Shown piece after piece: positions 49,760 through 60,408 of a stretch of DNA of 64,000 bases; within the stretch, counting starts at the first letter, position 1, and each line of letters starts with the position of its first letter. A program made the position numbers and the translations under genes. The DNA lies in contig NC_134027.1 in NCBI RefSeq assembly GCF_964204645.1, positions 17,198,560-17,262,559 of the forward strand, read 5' to 3'. The stretch is from Tubulanus polymorphus (Eukaryota; Animalia; Nemertea). The notes below the pieces were generated by a model. The model was not told where the DNA came from, did not search any database, and saw only the letters and a program-made list of their open reading frames with translations.

Positions 49760-52450
49760 GATATTCGGAGTGAGCGTCTCGGATGTCGCGGTGGATAGGA
49801 GATCGTTTCTACTGTTTGTCACACCTTATCCCCGTGTGACGTTTTGGTCCGTAATTACGTTAATAAACAGTTTATCTACCTTTATTACGCACCAATTTGT
49901 TCAGTGAGGACTTTGCATTCACGAATAAACAACAAGTTTTACTAATCATTTTTTTTTTCATTTATGAGTTATAGTTTACTCAGCACACGCTCGCGTAATG
50001 CTGAAAAATCCGCTCCGCGGACGCTCTGAAACGTTACAGTGACCTGCTCATTAGCATATCAAAATACAGTAGGTGGCACCACGTGAAGGGCCATGAAAGC
50101 CGATCTTCAGCATTACGCGAGCGTATGCTAGGTAAACTCACGCTGATAGATGAAAATACAAACATATCTATACCACTTCGTGATTTATTTCTGAATGCAA
50201 ATTGCTTACTGAACAAATCGATGCATAACATTTAGAGATAAACCAATTATTAACGAAATTACGGACCAAAACGTCGCACGGAGAACAGGTGTGACAGACA
50301 TAGGTCGCTTGAAGTGTTTATTGAGTTGTACGCAACTTCTAGACCTACTGAGCTTTACTGTTTCAAGCAAGCATCGTATAATTGTTGTGATTATTTACGG
50401 ACTCGTGGATTGACCTTCAAACAAAATTTGCAATAAAAAATCGGCAACATTGATGCGACGCGAATTAGGCCTACAAACGATTTCTTTCTTCATAATCCGA
50501 AAATTAAATCGATTTTACGAATTGAATACCCCATGGACCTATCCCTGTTAAATATGGTGTAGGAATACGATGTTTAGGAGGGTTGAAATTCAATAGGCCT
50601 AAGACTAATCTGTCCGGTTGTTAGGCCTACGCATATACATAGGTCTACATAGGCTATACTAGTAGCCTCTACTAGGATAAAGCTATGTTCACTGTAAAGG
50701 AGGGATCAGATTTATTAAAATGCATATATATTAACTGGTTCTGACTTGCAAAGATCAATCACAATTATCAACGATATTTCATTAGCAAAAATTAAGATTT
50801 TTTGGAAAATTTCTTCTGAGCAGACAGCTTTATAACCAGACTTTTCATTTGAGTTTTTTCATTATTAATGAAACTGGTATTTCATTAATTCCTAATAACT
50901 TAAGTTACTGCGGAGCCATAGAAAGATCTTTTTTTTCGTTCAAAAGACCTTTCGCTCAAAAAGTTTTTTCGTCGGAATAAAGATTTTTTCGATCGAACCA
51001 ATAATATTTTGTTTGATTGAACCAATTTGAAAGAATCGTTAGAACAAAGTTGTTTTCGTTGTTCGAACAACCTTTTTTGTCCAAACGAAAGGTTTTTCGT
51101 TCGGACAATTGTACGATCGGACAGAAACATTCCCAGTCGGACAAAATTTTCTTGTCGGAACATTTAGTTTTTCGTTCGAAGAAGTATATTGTAAAAAGTT
51201 TTTCGTCCAAACATAATGTATTAAGTACATGTATATTGTTAAATCGAACACAATTGTTTTCAATCAAACATTCGTTTGAACAAAATTTTTTTGTCGGGAC
51301 CAAATCTTTTCATTTCAACAATAACAAAATTTTTTATTCAAACAAACTTTTTTTGTCAGAACCAAGAATAGTTTTCGTTCGAACAAAAAGCGTATTGGTC
51401 GATCAAACAGAATGGTTTTTATTCGAATAAGATTTTCTTCGGAACATTGTGTTTTTTGTTCGAACAGATATATTGTTCGAAGCGTTTTTCCTTCCAAAGA
51501 GCAAAATGTTGGTGGAACTAGATAGTCTTCGTTATAAAAAGTAGTCTTAATTCTAACAAAATAATCTCCTCGTTCGACTACAAAGGTATAATCTTAACCT
51601 GGGTTTTCTTAGTATCCAATATCCATATCATGCCTTTCAGGTAGAAGCCCAACTTTCTGACCATGAACAGAACACTGCTTGTTTAAATCGTTTTGGAAAT
51701 ATGCTCTGTCCGGTACATTTTGAATTACTCTGTATATCATCTATCAGAAGAGCGAAGAGAAGACGACTGAGGATACTACCTTGTGTGACTCCACTAGTTA
51801 GACCGATTTATTCCAAGATGAGTTCCTTTGATTAGGCCACCTGTTTTGTTCAGAGAAATCTGCTGAGCCATTTAAACGACCCATCATTGATACCGTTTCT
51901 GAATAGCTTGTTTAGAAATCGCTGTTGTTGTACCTTACCAAAAGCTTTTTCGAAATCCATAAATACTTATAGGCCTAACAGTCGATTTTTCCAGAGTCAG
52001 ATAACTATCTGGTCCAGTCATCCATGGTTTCAAAGTAGGCCTAATTGACTTTGTCGACCGTCCTTTTACAAAACCGTGTTGACGGTTGAACAGCATTGTA
52101 AATTCCCTTCATTTTCATGACATGGTTTGGCTGCATCGCGTAAACGCGATCGTGGTCGACACATTATCCGGACAAGATCAAGAATACGAACAAGGATGTG
52201 CAGAAAACCCGTTATTGCTGCTGCAGCTATATTTAATATTTTTTTCCATTTTCAACAGTTTTGTTAAAAAATGCATAAGCTTCCTTACCTTACCGCTGTT
52301 GCCGATACAATCCGTATGATACCCTTCAGCTCACTTCAAACTCCAGATACTGCATGGGAATTTTGATAAATTCGCGTTATAAAGGCACTGTCGAGCCGTT
52401 AACATCGGAAATTTGGCCCCGTTCAATTGGTTGCCATGTTGTGTTTTCTT
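49760..52450 (+). repeat. Composite multi-kb repeat, copy 3, with a CR1-like RT relic at about 51580-52130
   Basis: Colinear with 44140-46130. Confidence 0.8.
49812..50300. mobile_element. Tc1/mariner-type MITE (TA TSD)
   Basis: TIRs of about 50 bp (GTTTGTCACACC...GACGTTTTGGTCCGTAATT), flanked by TA; the empty site is visible in the paralogous repeat at about 44180. Confidence 0.8.
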
Positions 52451-52773
52451 TCCGATATTTTTCTCTTCTTTTTGAGGAAGAGCTATTGAATTATTTTCTC
52501 TCTTCTCCACAATCAATTTTAAAGTCAATTTTATGAATTTATTACTCAGCGGGACCGAGTCCAAGAGTTAACGAGTCCGGCTTTCGCATGTCCAACAGGT
52601 TTACGGGCATTTGTTTATTACCTTTTTAATATTTTTGATTTCTTGTTATTCCGGTTATCTTATTTAAGTATATTACTGATCCGTTCATGTAAACAAAAGT
52701 GTCAATAAATAGATTTTAAATTGATCAAGTTTAAATCAAGGTCGTTGAGTCGTGGGTGGCTACTAGAATTACG

Positions 52774-53206
52774 GCAATCTAGGTAATGTTGAAACCATCC
52801 ACAAACCGGAAGTGATATTGGTAAGAAACAAAATGGCGGCTTTTTGAATAGCAGAAGGGATAGGGTTTAGGGTCTAGCAGGTCCAGAGGGTTAGGGTTAG
52901 GGACAAGAGGGTCCAGAGGGTAAGGGTTAGGATGAGGTTTAGGGTTAGGAGAAGGGTTAGGATTAGGGTTATGTTCCGTTACATATTATAATAGGGTAGG
53001 GTTAGGATGAGGCTATAAGTAGTTAGAAAGTTACGAGTCCTGACAGCTTCGGCGATAGCGCTGGGGGAAACGTTAGGCTAGCACTCTTTTGCTTGCGTGT
53101 TCGAATCCCAATTTTCGTGGATCTCTCTTAGAATTTTCTAAGTCCAGCGCATTCGCGCATGCGCATTGCATTGATTTGTGAATGGTTTCAACATTACACA
53201 AATTGC
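52774..53206. mobile_element. MITE with a 9-bp TSD, containing (GGTTAG)-like repeats and a B box
   Basis: TIR GCAATCTAGGTAATGTTGAAACCAT / ATGGTTTCAACATTACACAAATTGC; TSD AGAATTACG (52765-52773, 53207-53215). Confidence 0.8.
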
Positions 53207-53434
53207 AGAATTACGTTTGACTCAGAGAGAAAATAAACGACAGACAAGTATCAGGTGATTACGATAGCCTATTACGGAACACACAGTTGACAAACAGTTT
53301 TAGGCCTGTGCGTGGTGCGTACTGGGACTAAAATATAGTGGCAGGTCAGTTGGTTCGGTTGTGAAGTGTAGAAGCTAAGAAAGCCTACCGGTATCTATTT
53401 GTCTATAGGCCTATTATAAAGTAGCCAATACCAT

Positions 53435-53776
53435 CTTAAGTACGAAGTTGTTACCCGCACGTGACTGTACGGTGATCTCCACAGGTTAACCGTACGTGTT
53501 CCCTACACACGCCGTACGTGAGTTCCTATAATCTACATAACCGCATATACTGAAAGAATAGGGTCTGGGTTAGTCGAGGCTATTTGTAAATCAACTTTCA
53601 TGCAACCTGCAGTTACGTTCTGTGGCTCAGTGGGTAAATCACTGGACAACTGCTGGAATTTTTTTTCGTTTGGTTTCGAATCCCAATAATGTCGATCAGA
53701 GCGTCAATGTACTCACATACGGTTTACCTGTGGAAATCACCGTACAGTCACGTACGGGTAACAAGAGCGTTTTAAG
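53435..53776. mobile_element. MITE with TIRs of about 65 bp and an internal tRNA-like A/B-box segment
   Basis: TTGTTACCCGCACGTGACTGTACGGTGAT...ATCACCGTACAGTCACGTACGGGTAACAA; TGGCTCAGTGG...TTCGAATCCC inside. Confidence 0.75.
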
Positions 53777-55864
53777 TATTAAGTGAGTACGATAAGCCTA
53801 CCATGCCTATTGCTACGTACTAAAAACACAACTTTTTCCCTCTCGTCGGCCCTACACTGGTTACTATAACTGGTACCGTTATCACATGGGAAGGATTTGA
53901 TCAGGACCTAGCCCTAAGTCTAATTCAGTCTATTCACTATTCACTCGATATCATTAAAACAATACAGCGTATTCACAGGCAGAAAGGCTAATTGATCTGA
54001 GCCATGTGATTAAATTTAACCGGGCCTTCTCTGACCTGCTGACATTAATAGTCAAACCTAGATTTAAAACGTTCATGTGGTCACGGCCTGTATACCAGAA
54101 ATCATTGTAGGCCTGTACATTTAGCTGTACATAGGTTTGGTATACCGATTTCTCCAATGTTGACTGGTACAGCTGTACGCATTAAACAATGGGAATAAGG
54201 CCTATTGATTGGGATTATTATTTCCTGCTTTAGAATACTGAAATAAGCCCAACACGTTCATTCAAATATAAAAAAACCGGTGAAAGTTTGATTACTGTAA
54301 ACATGTACTGTAGGTTTTCATGTTGTATGAATATTTTGCAGTTCATATGGGTATGATGCTGATTCCAATGTCAAACACATGAAGTTAAATGGTCAAGGAC
54401 AGTCAACACCAAGATATCACTCTTCGACCGATGTTGCACCATAGAAGATCTGATTCTTTCAACTTAATCAAGGTGTTTCAACACGATCGACATAACACTG
54501 GAATAGGTTTGCAGTGACTAACAGTTCATTTCATTTAGTCCTATGTACTTTTAGCCAATTTGGTTTTGATTGTAATTGAAACTCCGGAACTGTTAATTAG
54601 AGACAAGTAAGACAAGTGGAAAAAACACAAGTTGTGCTTGATTCTCATATCCAAATTTAATTCAAATTCAAATTTATTTTATTACATCATATTTACAAAG
54701 CATATCATGCAGTAATAAAAATTAGATCAGAACGAATATTATCATAGAATTTTCAAAAAGGTAATGAATCTCTATAACAAAATGAACATTATTTTTCTAA
54801 TAACTAAGATCACGAGTGACTCTCCAGTTAATTAGGAAACACACGCAACTAGTGGAATAGGTTTGATATTAACAAACATGTTGCAGGTATAAACTGTTTA
54901 TCAGTATAGAATTTGTAAAACATAAAAGCCAAAATCAACATCGGTCGAAACCCAGACCAAATCAATTCATAATTTATTGATTGGATCTACACTACAATAT
55001 ATGTATTTATTCAAATATTTCCATTAAAAGCTATTCCAAATCATAATACGTTCTTATCTGTAAATTCACTCAATCTTAGCAGTGCTTGAGATGAGTTCTT
55101 AATAGGACAGATCCACTTTTAGCGTGGTGATAATACGGGATCGTGGTGTTTGAATGCCAAAATAAATGCCTGGTCGAATAAATTCATATTTATTGATTGT
55201 ATGTCCGCGTATGTTCGGTTTCAAAGCTGAATCACATTTGACGTTTACACAGTGGTTGCATATTAGGTTCGAATCTGTCAATGCATTTTATTCTATGAAT
55301 CGGTATTTCAATTCACTACAATTCCCATCATCCTGAATGGCTTTGCAGAAAACCAGTCATCGCTTTGCAGCTATATTTTATATTACTTCTATTTTTGTTT
55401 ATGTATGACGTACTCATCAACGCAGGTTGTCTGACGATAACAACACTGGCCACTCCACCTTCCGTACATGTATCTTAACTACTAAACTATCTCCCAACAG
55501 AACCCCGTAAGAACGAAAGATTTCCTAAGATCAATAAACGATTCAGAGAACGTCTAAAATTGCTAAAATTCGCGAAATGTCCGGATTGTACGTTATTCCT
55601 GGGTTATAGAAGGGATTCCTCAATTCTAAAATTGCGTATTACTTCGACGTCATGAGAGTACATGCTAAAAACCGGAACAGGAAAATTCAATTAAATTGTA
55701 TTCGACATAAAATTAATCACTGACAGCGTTATTATTGGCCAATATCGGTTATCAGATTGAATTCTAAAATTAAATAACATTGTGCTCGACATTCTATCAG
55801 CACAATTCTATAAAATTTTTCATTGAGGGCGTTAGGTGGCGCTTCTGTGCTATTGACCAACCAG

Positions 55865-56749
55865 GGGCCGGTTTCACAAAGCGTAATTAACCCTTAATTA
55901 TGATTAAATCACTAATCATGATTAAATTATCATGACTTAATCAAGTTAGGTGTTTCACAAAACGTAATTAACTTTAATTATAATTAAGTTAATTACAAAA
56001 TTTAATTCTCCTCTAGAGTGTAATTAAACCATTTAATCATCATTAGTTTATTATTAAAAACAAAAAGCTGCAGATATTATTCATGGAATTTGGTGTTTAT
56101 TAATTGACGACGGCAATTCCTACACTTATTCAGTTTTTCAGATTGTTTGGCTCAAATAATTTGGATTTTTTGCCTTTTGTAAAAAAGGCATGTCAATATA
56201 AATTCTATTGATTTATTTTCAAACGTCCTATGTTTTTGTCAGCACGACCACCACATACTTAGAAGTATTGAATTAATTGATTTTGTCCATACATATGATA
56301 GATTTCTGTCAGTAGAGTACATATCTATGGAGTTAGTGTTAAAAAGTGCTAATCACTGCTCGGAAATAAACCCCATTTACGAGGATTTTATTTTGCTGAC
56401 TGGAGGTGAGTTTCTATTTAAAAACTTTTGAGACATCTTGCTAAGTTTTTCCACTGGTTCCTGAGACCTTTCAGCGCAATCTTTAACTCCCAAAGGAGTG
56501 AATTTCTCTTTTCCTCTAAACAAGGAAGGTTATTTTGCTTGGACAGCAAATGGCTGTCTAAAGTTCCGCCATTTTGATACAGTTAAATTGTAATTAAGTT
56601 GCCTAATTATGTAATTAGTTAATTTTGTAATTAAACCCTTTCGTGAAACCGAATTTTAATCGTAATTAACTAATCATGATTAAGGAAATTTAATCATGAT
56701 TTAGGTCCTAATTATAATTAAAGTTAATTATGCTTTGTGAAACCGGCCC
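55865..56749. mobile_element. PIF/Harbinger MITE (885 bp)
   Basis: CAG|GGGCCGGTTTCACAAAGC...GCTTTGTGAAACCGGCCC|CAG; 3-bp CWG TSD; TAATTA/TAATCATGATTA subterminal repeats. Confidence 0.9.
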
Positions 56750-56844
56750 CAGGTGTTTAGTTTTGGTTTAACCCTACAAGTAATAGGTTAATAGATCAAA
56801 GGTCGAACGGTCGAGCTCGTAAAAAAATGAAAATAACAATAAAT

Positions 56845-57625
56845 CAAACAATTTATCATTTCAACTGTCAAACAATTTATCATTTCAACTGCCAAACAAT
56901 CTATCATTTCAACTATCAAACAATTTATCATTTCAACTGCCAAACAATTTAACATTTCAACTGTCAAACAATTTTTCATTTCAACTGTCAAACAATTTTT
57001 CATTTCAACAGTCAAACAATTTATCATTTCAACTGTCAAACAATTTTTCATTTCAACTGTCAAACAATTTTTCATTTCAACTGTCAAACAATTTTTCATT
57101 TCAACTGTCTTATCATTTCAACTGTCAAACAATTTATCATTTCAACTGTCAAACAATTTATCATTTCAACTGTCTTATCATTTCAACTGTCAAACAATTT
57201 ATCATTTCAACTGTCAAACAATTTATCATTTCAACTGCCAAACAATTTATCATTTCAACTGTCAAACAATTTATCATTTCAACTGTCAAACAATTTATTA
57301 TTTCAACTGTCAAACAATTTATCATTTCAACTGCCAAACAATTTATTATTTCAACTGTCAAAAAATTTATCATTTCAACTGTCAAACAATTTATCATTTC
57401 AACTGTCAAACAATTTATCATTTCAACTGCCAAACAATTTATCATTTCAACTGCCAAACAATTTATCATTTCAACTGTCAAACAATTTATCATTTCAACT
57501 CTCCAACAATTTATCATATCAACTGCCATCATTTATCATTTCAACTGTCAAACAATTTTTCATTTCAACTGTCAAACAATTTTTCATTTCAACTGTCAAA
57601 CAATTTATCATTTCAACTGTCTTAT
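56845..57625 (-). repeat. 24-bp tandem array, about 32 units, same unit as in element B
   Basis: CAAACAATTTATCATTTCAACTGT repeated. Confidence 0.95.
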
Positions 57626-57649
57626 CATTAGTGATTTATTGCTTCGAGT

Positions 57650-58198
57650 TTAATATTTTCCACAATTACATAAAACGCTTTCATTAGGATTATATTTAGG
57701 CGCAACAATTTCATTATCTAAATTACATTGAATTTCAACATGTTTATATGATTTTTCATTTGGAATGTCAGGGATAGATCTCTTTTCTTGTAATCTGAAA
57801 AACATAACATAGCATTCTCTGAATGGGCAATAACGTAAGTGTAAAAATAATGTTTTATGTGAATTTTCATTATTAAAAAGTGATTGCATTTCATCTGTAA
57901 TTACTAAATGTTTGTCTATTCCATCAAATGTTGTGAATTTTGGAATTATTGTATTGAATAAGAATTTATCTTTATCATTCGATAACTCTATTATCAGATA
58001 GTGATTTTTAAACACTAATTCAGTAATATTTTTCACTTGAAAACGAAGACGCGCAGTTTTAATCAAATCTTTAATAGGAATGAAATTTTTAATTGTAAAA
58101 TATTTTTCTAATTCATTTAAATCGATATCTTTGAAATGTAGTATCTGTTCATTCATATTTATAAGTAATTTTGTTATTAAAATTGATATTTTCATCAA
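57650..58198 (-). CDS. Protein of up to 182 aa sharing its C-terminus (NEKSYK..IQCNLD..APKYNPNESVLCNCGKY) with the element B ORF; truncated by a stop
   Basis: ORF track plus comparison with 36716-37360. Confidence 0.55.
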   Translation of the reverse strand: MMKISILITKLLINMNEQILHFKDIDLNELEKYFTIKNFIPIKDLIKTARLRFQVKNITELVFKNHYLIIELSNDKDKFLFNTIIPKFTTFDGIDKHLVITDEMQSLFNNENSHKTLFLHLRYCPFRECYVMFFRLQEKRSIPDIPNEKSYKHVEIQCNLDNEIVAPKYNPNESVLCNCGKY

Positions 58199-59378
58199 CT
58201 CGTTAATTACTCGTTACTTTTAAACATAAAATAAGAATTTAACGCATATAAATATAAATATTCACTGTTTTAAATATGAATTATTTCACTCGTTAATTAC
58301 TCGTTACTTTTTATATTGAAAATAATAATTTAACGCATATAAATATAAATATTCAATGATTTATTTATGAATTATTTCAATCACACTTTACTAACACTTT
58401 TAATGTTTAAAAATCTAACTCATACACATATAAATATTGAAATAATGTTTAAAATATATCTATATATCTATTCTATAAGAGCTTACACTTTTATATTGAG
58501 TAAATGTTATTCATTTAAATTATGTTTATATATATATATGATTATTTTAAGAGTAATAGGGATAATAGGCTTTCAGGTCAAAGGTTGAAGGGGCGAGTGA
58601 GTAAAAAATGAAAATAACAATAATTTACAGTTGAATTAGGAGTGTGCGCGACTAATTCAACTGTAAATTATTGTTATTTTCATTTTTTTACGAGCTCGAC
58701 CGTTCAACCTTTGATCTGAAAGCCTATTATCCCTATTACTCCTACAAATGTGGTAATATTTCAATTGTAACGTCGCAAACACGTGTTTATTTGTAAAAAA
58801 CCGTCAAAACGGTTCTTTTTCTTGCATTCGCGTCGGTTTAGGAATTTATAAGGTGAATACATACCTGGTTGGGCTCCGGTCCTCTAGGTCATTATCCAGG
58901 TCTGTGATGGTCGATACTGAGTGAATTAATATTTGATGTCTTTACGATGACAGATGTAGAGAGTGAACCCGGCGACTCGTCAATCAAGCCACATGTACAC
59001 TAGGCCATCCCAAAGCAATGGTAGTAATAGGGGTTTAGTTGGTTCAAGCCAAAGGTCGAACGGTCGAGCTCATTAAAAAATAAATATTAAAAGTAATTTA
59101 AAACTATAATATATTTTCATAGCCGTGTGCATTTTATATTATAACTAAATATTTATTCTAAGATATTAATAATTTAAATTTTAAATGCATATTGTATTAA
59201 ATCAATTGGTCGCTCCGCTTCGCTACCGCTCCACTCCGCGACCAATTGATTTATTTACAATACACAAATTCATATAATCAAATATATTTTAATAATAATA
59301 ATTATTCTATTATTCAACTGAAATACACACGGCTATGAAAATAAATACACACTAAATGGTTATATAAAATATAGTGAA

Positions 59379-60336
59379 TTGAAATCATGGTTACAAAATC
59401 AACCAACATATCAAATTCATAAGAAAATGGATAAAACTTATTTAACAAGAAAAGTTATGGTTTCATATATCGATCAACAATGGCAAGTAGATTTAATTGA
59501 CATGAAGAACTTAGAAGAATACAACAAAGGATATTTCTGGATATTAAATGTTATAGACATATTCAGTAGATACGCATGGTCAATTCCAATAAAAAAAACT
59601 GGAATAGAAGTAACAAATGCTTTTAAATCAATATTTAAAGAAGCTATTCCAGATATGATACAATTTGATGAAGGTAAGGAATTCTATAACAAACATTTTA
59701 AAATACTATTATCTGATAACGATGTAGATTATTTTTTAACACACTCAGATAAAAAAGCATCTATTATAGAAAGATTTAATAAAACATTGAAAACTAGAAT
59801 GTGGAAATATTTTACTGCTAATGAAACATATAAATATATCGATGTATTAGATGATTTAGTGAAAGGTTATAATAATTCTAAACATAGTTCTATAAATATG
59901 AAACCTATACAAGCAAGAAAAGAAGATAATTCAGAAATAGTTTGGAATAATTTATATGGAGCGTTTGTTACACATGAATTCGGAGAACCTAAATTTAAAA
60001 TAGGGCAACATGTAAGAATATCTAAATATAGAAAAACCTTTTATAAAGGTTATACTCCAAATTTTACTGAAGAAATATTCAAGATTAAAAAGATAATATT
60101 AACTTAACCTTTTGTTTATAAATTAGAAGATTTAAAAGATGAAGAAATATTAGGTTATTTCTATGAACAAGAATTATCACTTGTACCAAACCCAGATGAA
60201 ATAGAATACAAAATAGAAAAAGTATTGAAAACAAAAACTCTTAAAGGAAAAAAGTATTCTTTGGTGAAATATAAAGGATATGATGATAAATCTAATGAAT
60301 GGATTTTATCTAGTAAAATTAAAAAAATAAATGAAT
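59379..60336 (+). pseudogene. RVE integrase with chromodomain (5' part deleted, premature stop at 60107)
   Basis: QWQVDLIDM, IDIFSRYAW, QFDEGKEFYN, KASIIERFNKTLK; highly similar to 30460-31506. Confidence 0.92.
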
Positions 60337-60408
60337 AAAAATTTATTTATATTTGAACCGCATAATATGTTAGTTACTGGTGTAACAAACTGTGGTAAAA
60401 CCACATTT
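60331..60408 (+). pseudogene. N-terminal stub of the packaging ATPase (Walker A), cut by a deletion
   Basis: MNKNLFIFEPHNMLVTGVTNCGKT, then an abrupt switch to antisense PolB sequence. Confidence 0.85.

Larger units (their letters stand above)
56779..58740 (-). mobile_element. Mini Polinton-family element C (1.96 kb)
   Basis: AGTAATAGG...CCCTATTACT termini; TSD CCTACA (56773-56778, 58741-58746); 24-bp array plus one ORF; 189-nt hairpin at 58552-58740. Confidence 0.9.

Noticed and set aside
52860-53010. True telomere or chromosome-fusion site
   Set aside because: The repeats are degenerate and enclosed in a TIR element with a TSD.
56845-57625. CRISPR-like array
   Set aside because: The units are contiguous with no unique spacers, there are no cas genes, and the context is eukaryotic.
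58367-58588. Short ORFs MNYFNHTLLT... (also 63525-63719)
   Set aside because: They lie in the shared AT-rich subterminal block, and indels change the frame between copies, so they are probably non-coding.
60306-60405. C-terminal tail of the 475-aa PolB ORF (VVLPQFVTPV...)
   Set aside because: It is the antisense of the ATPase stub and integrase end, read through a deletion junction, not PolB.
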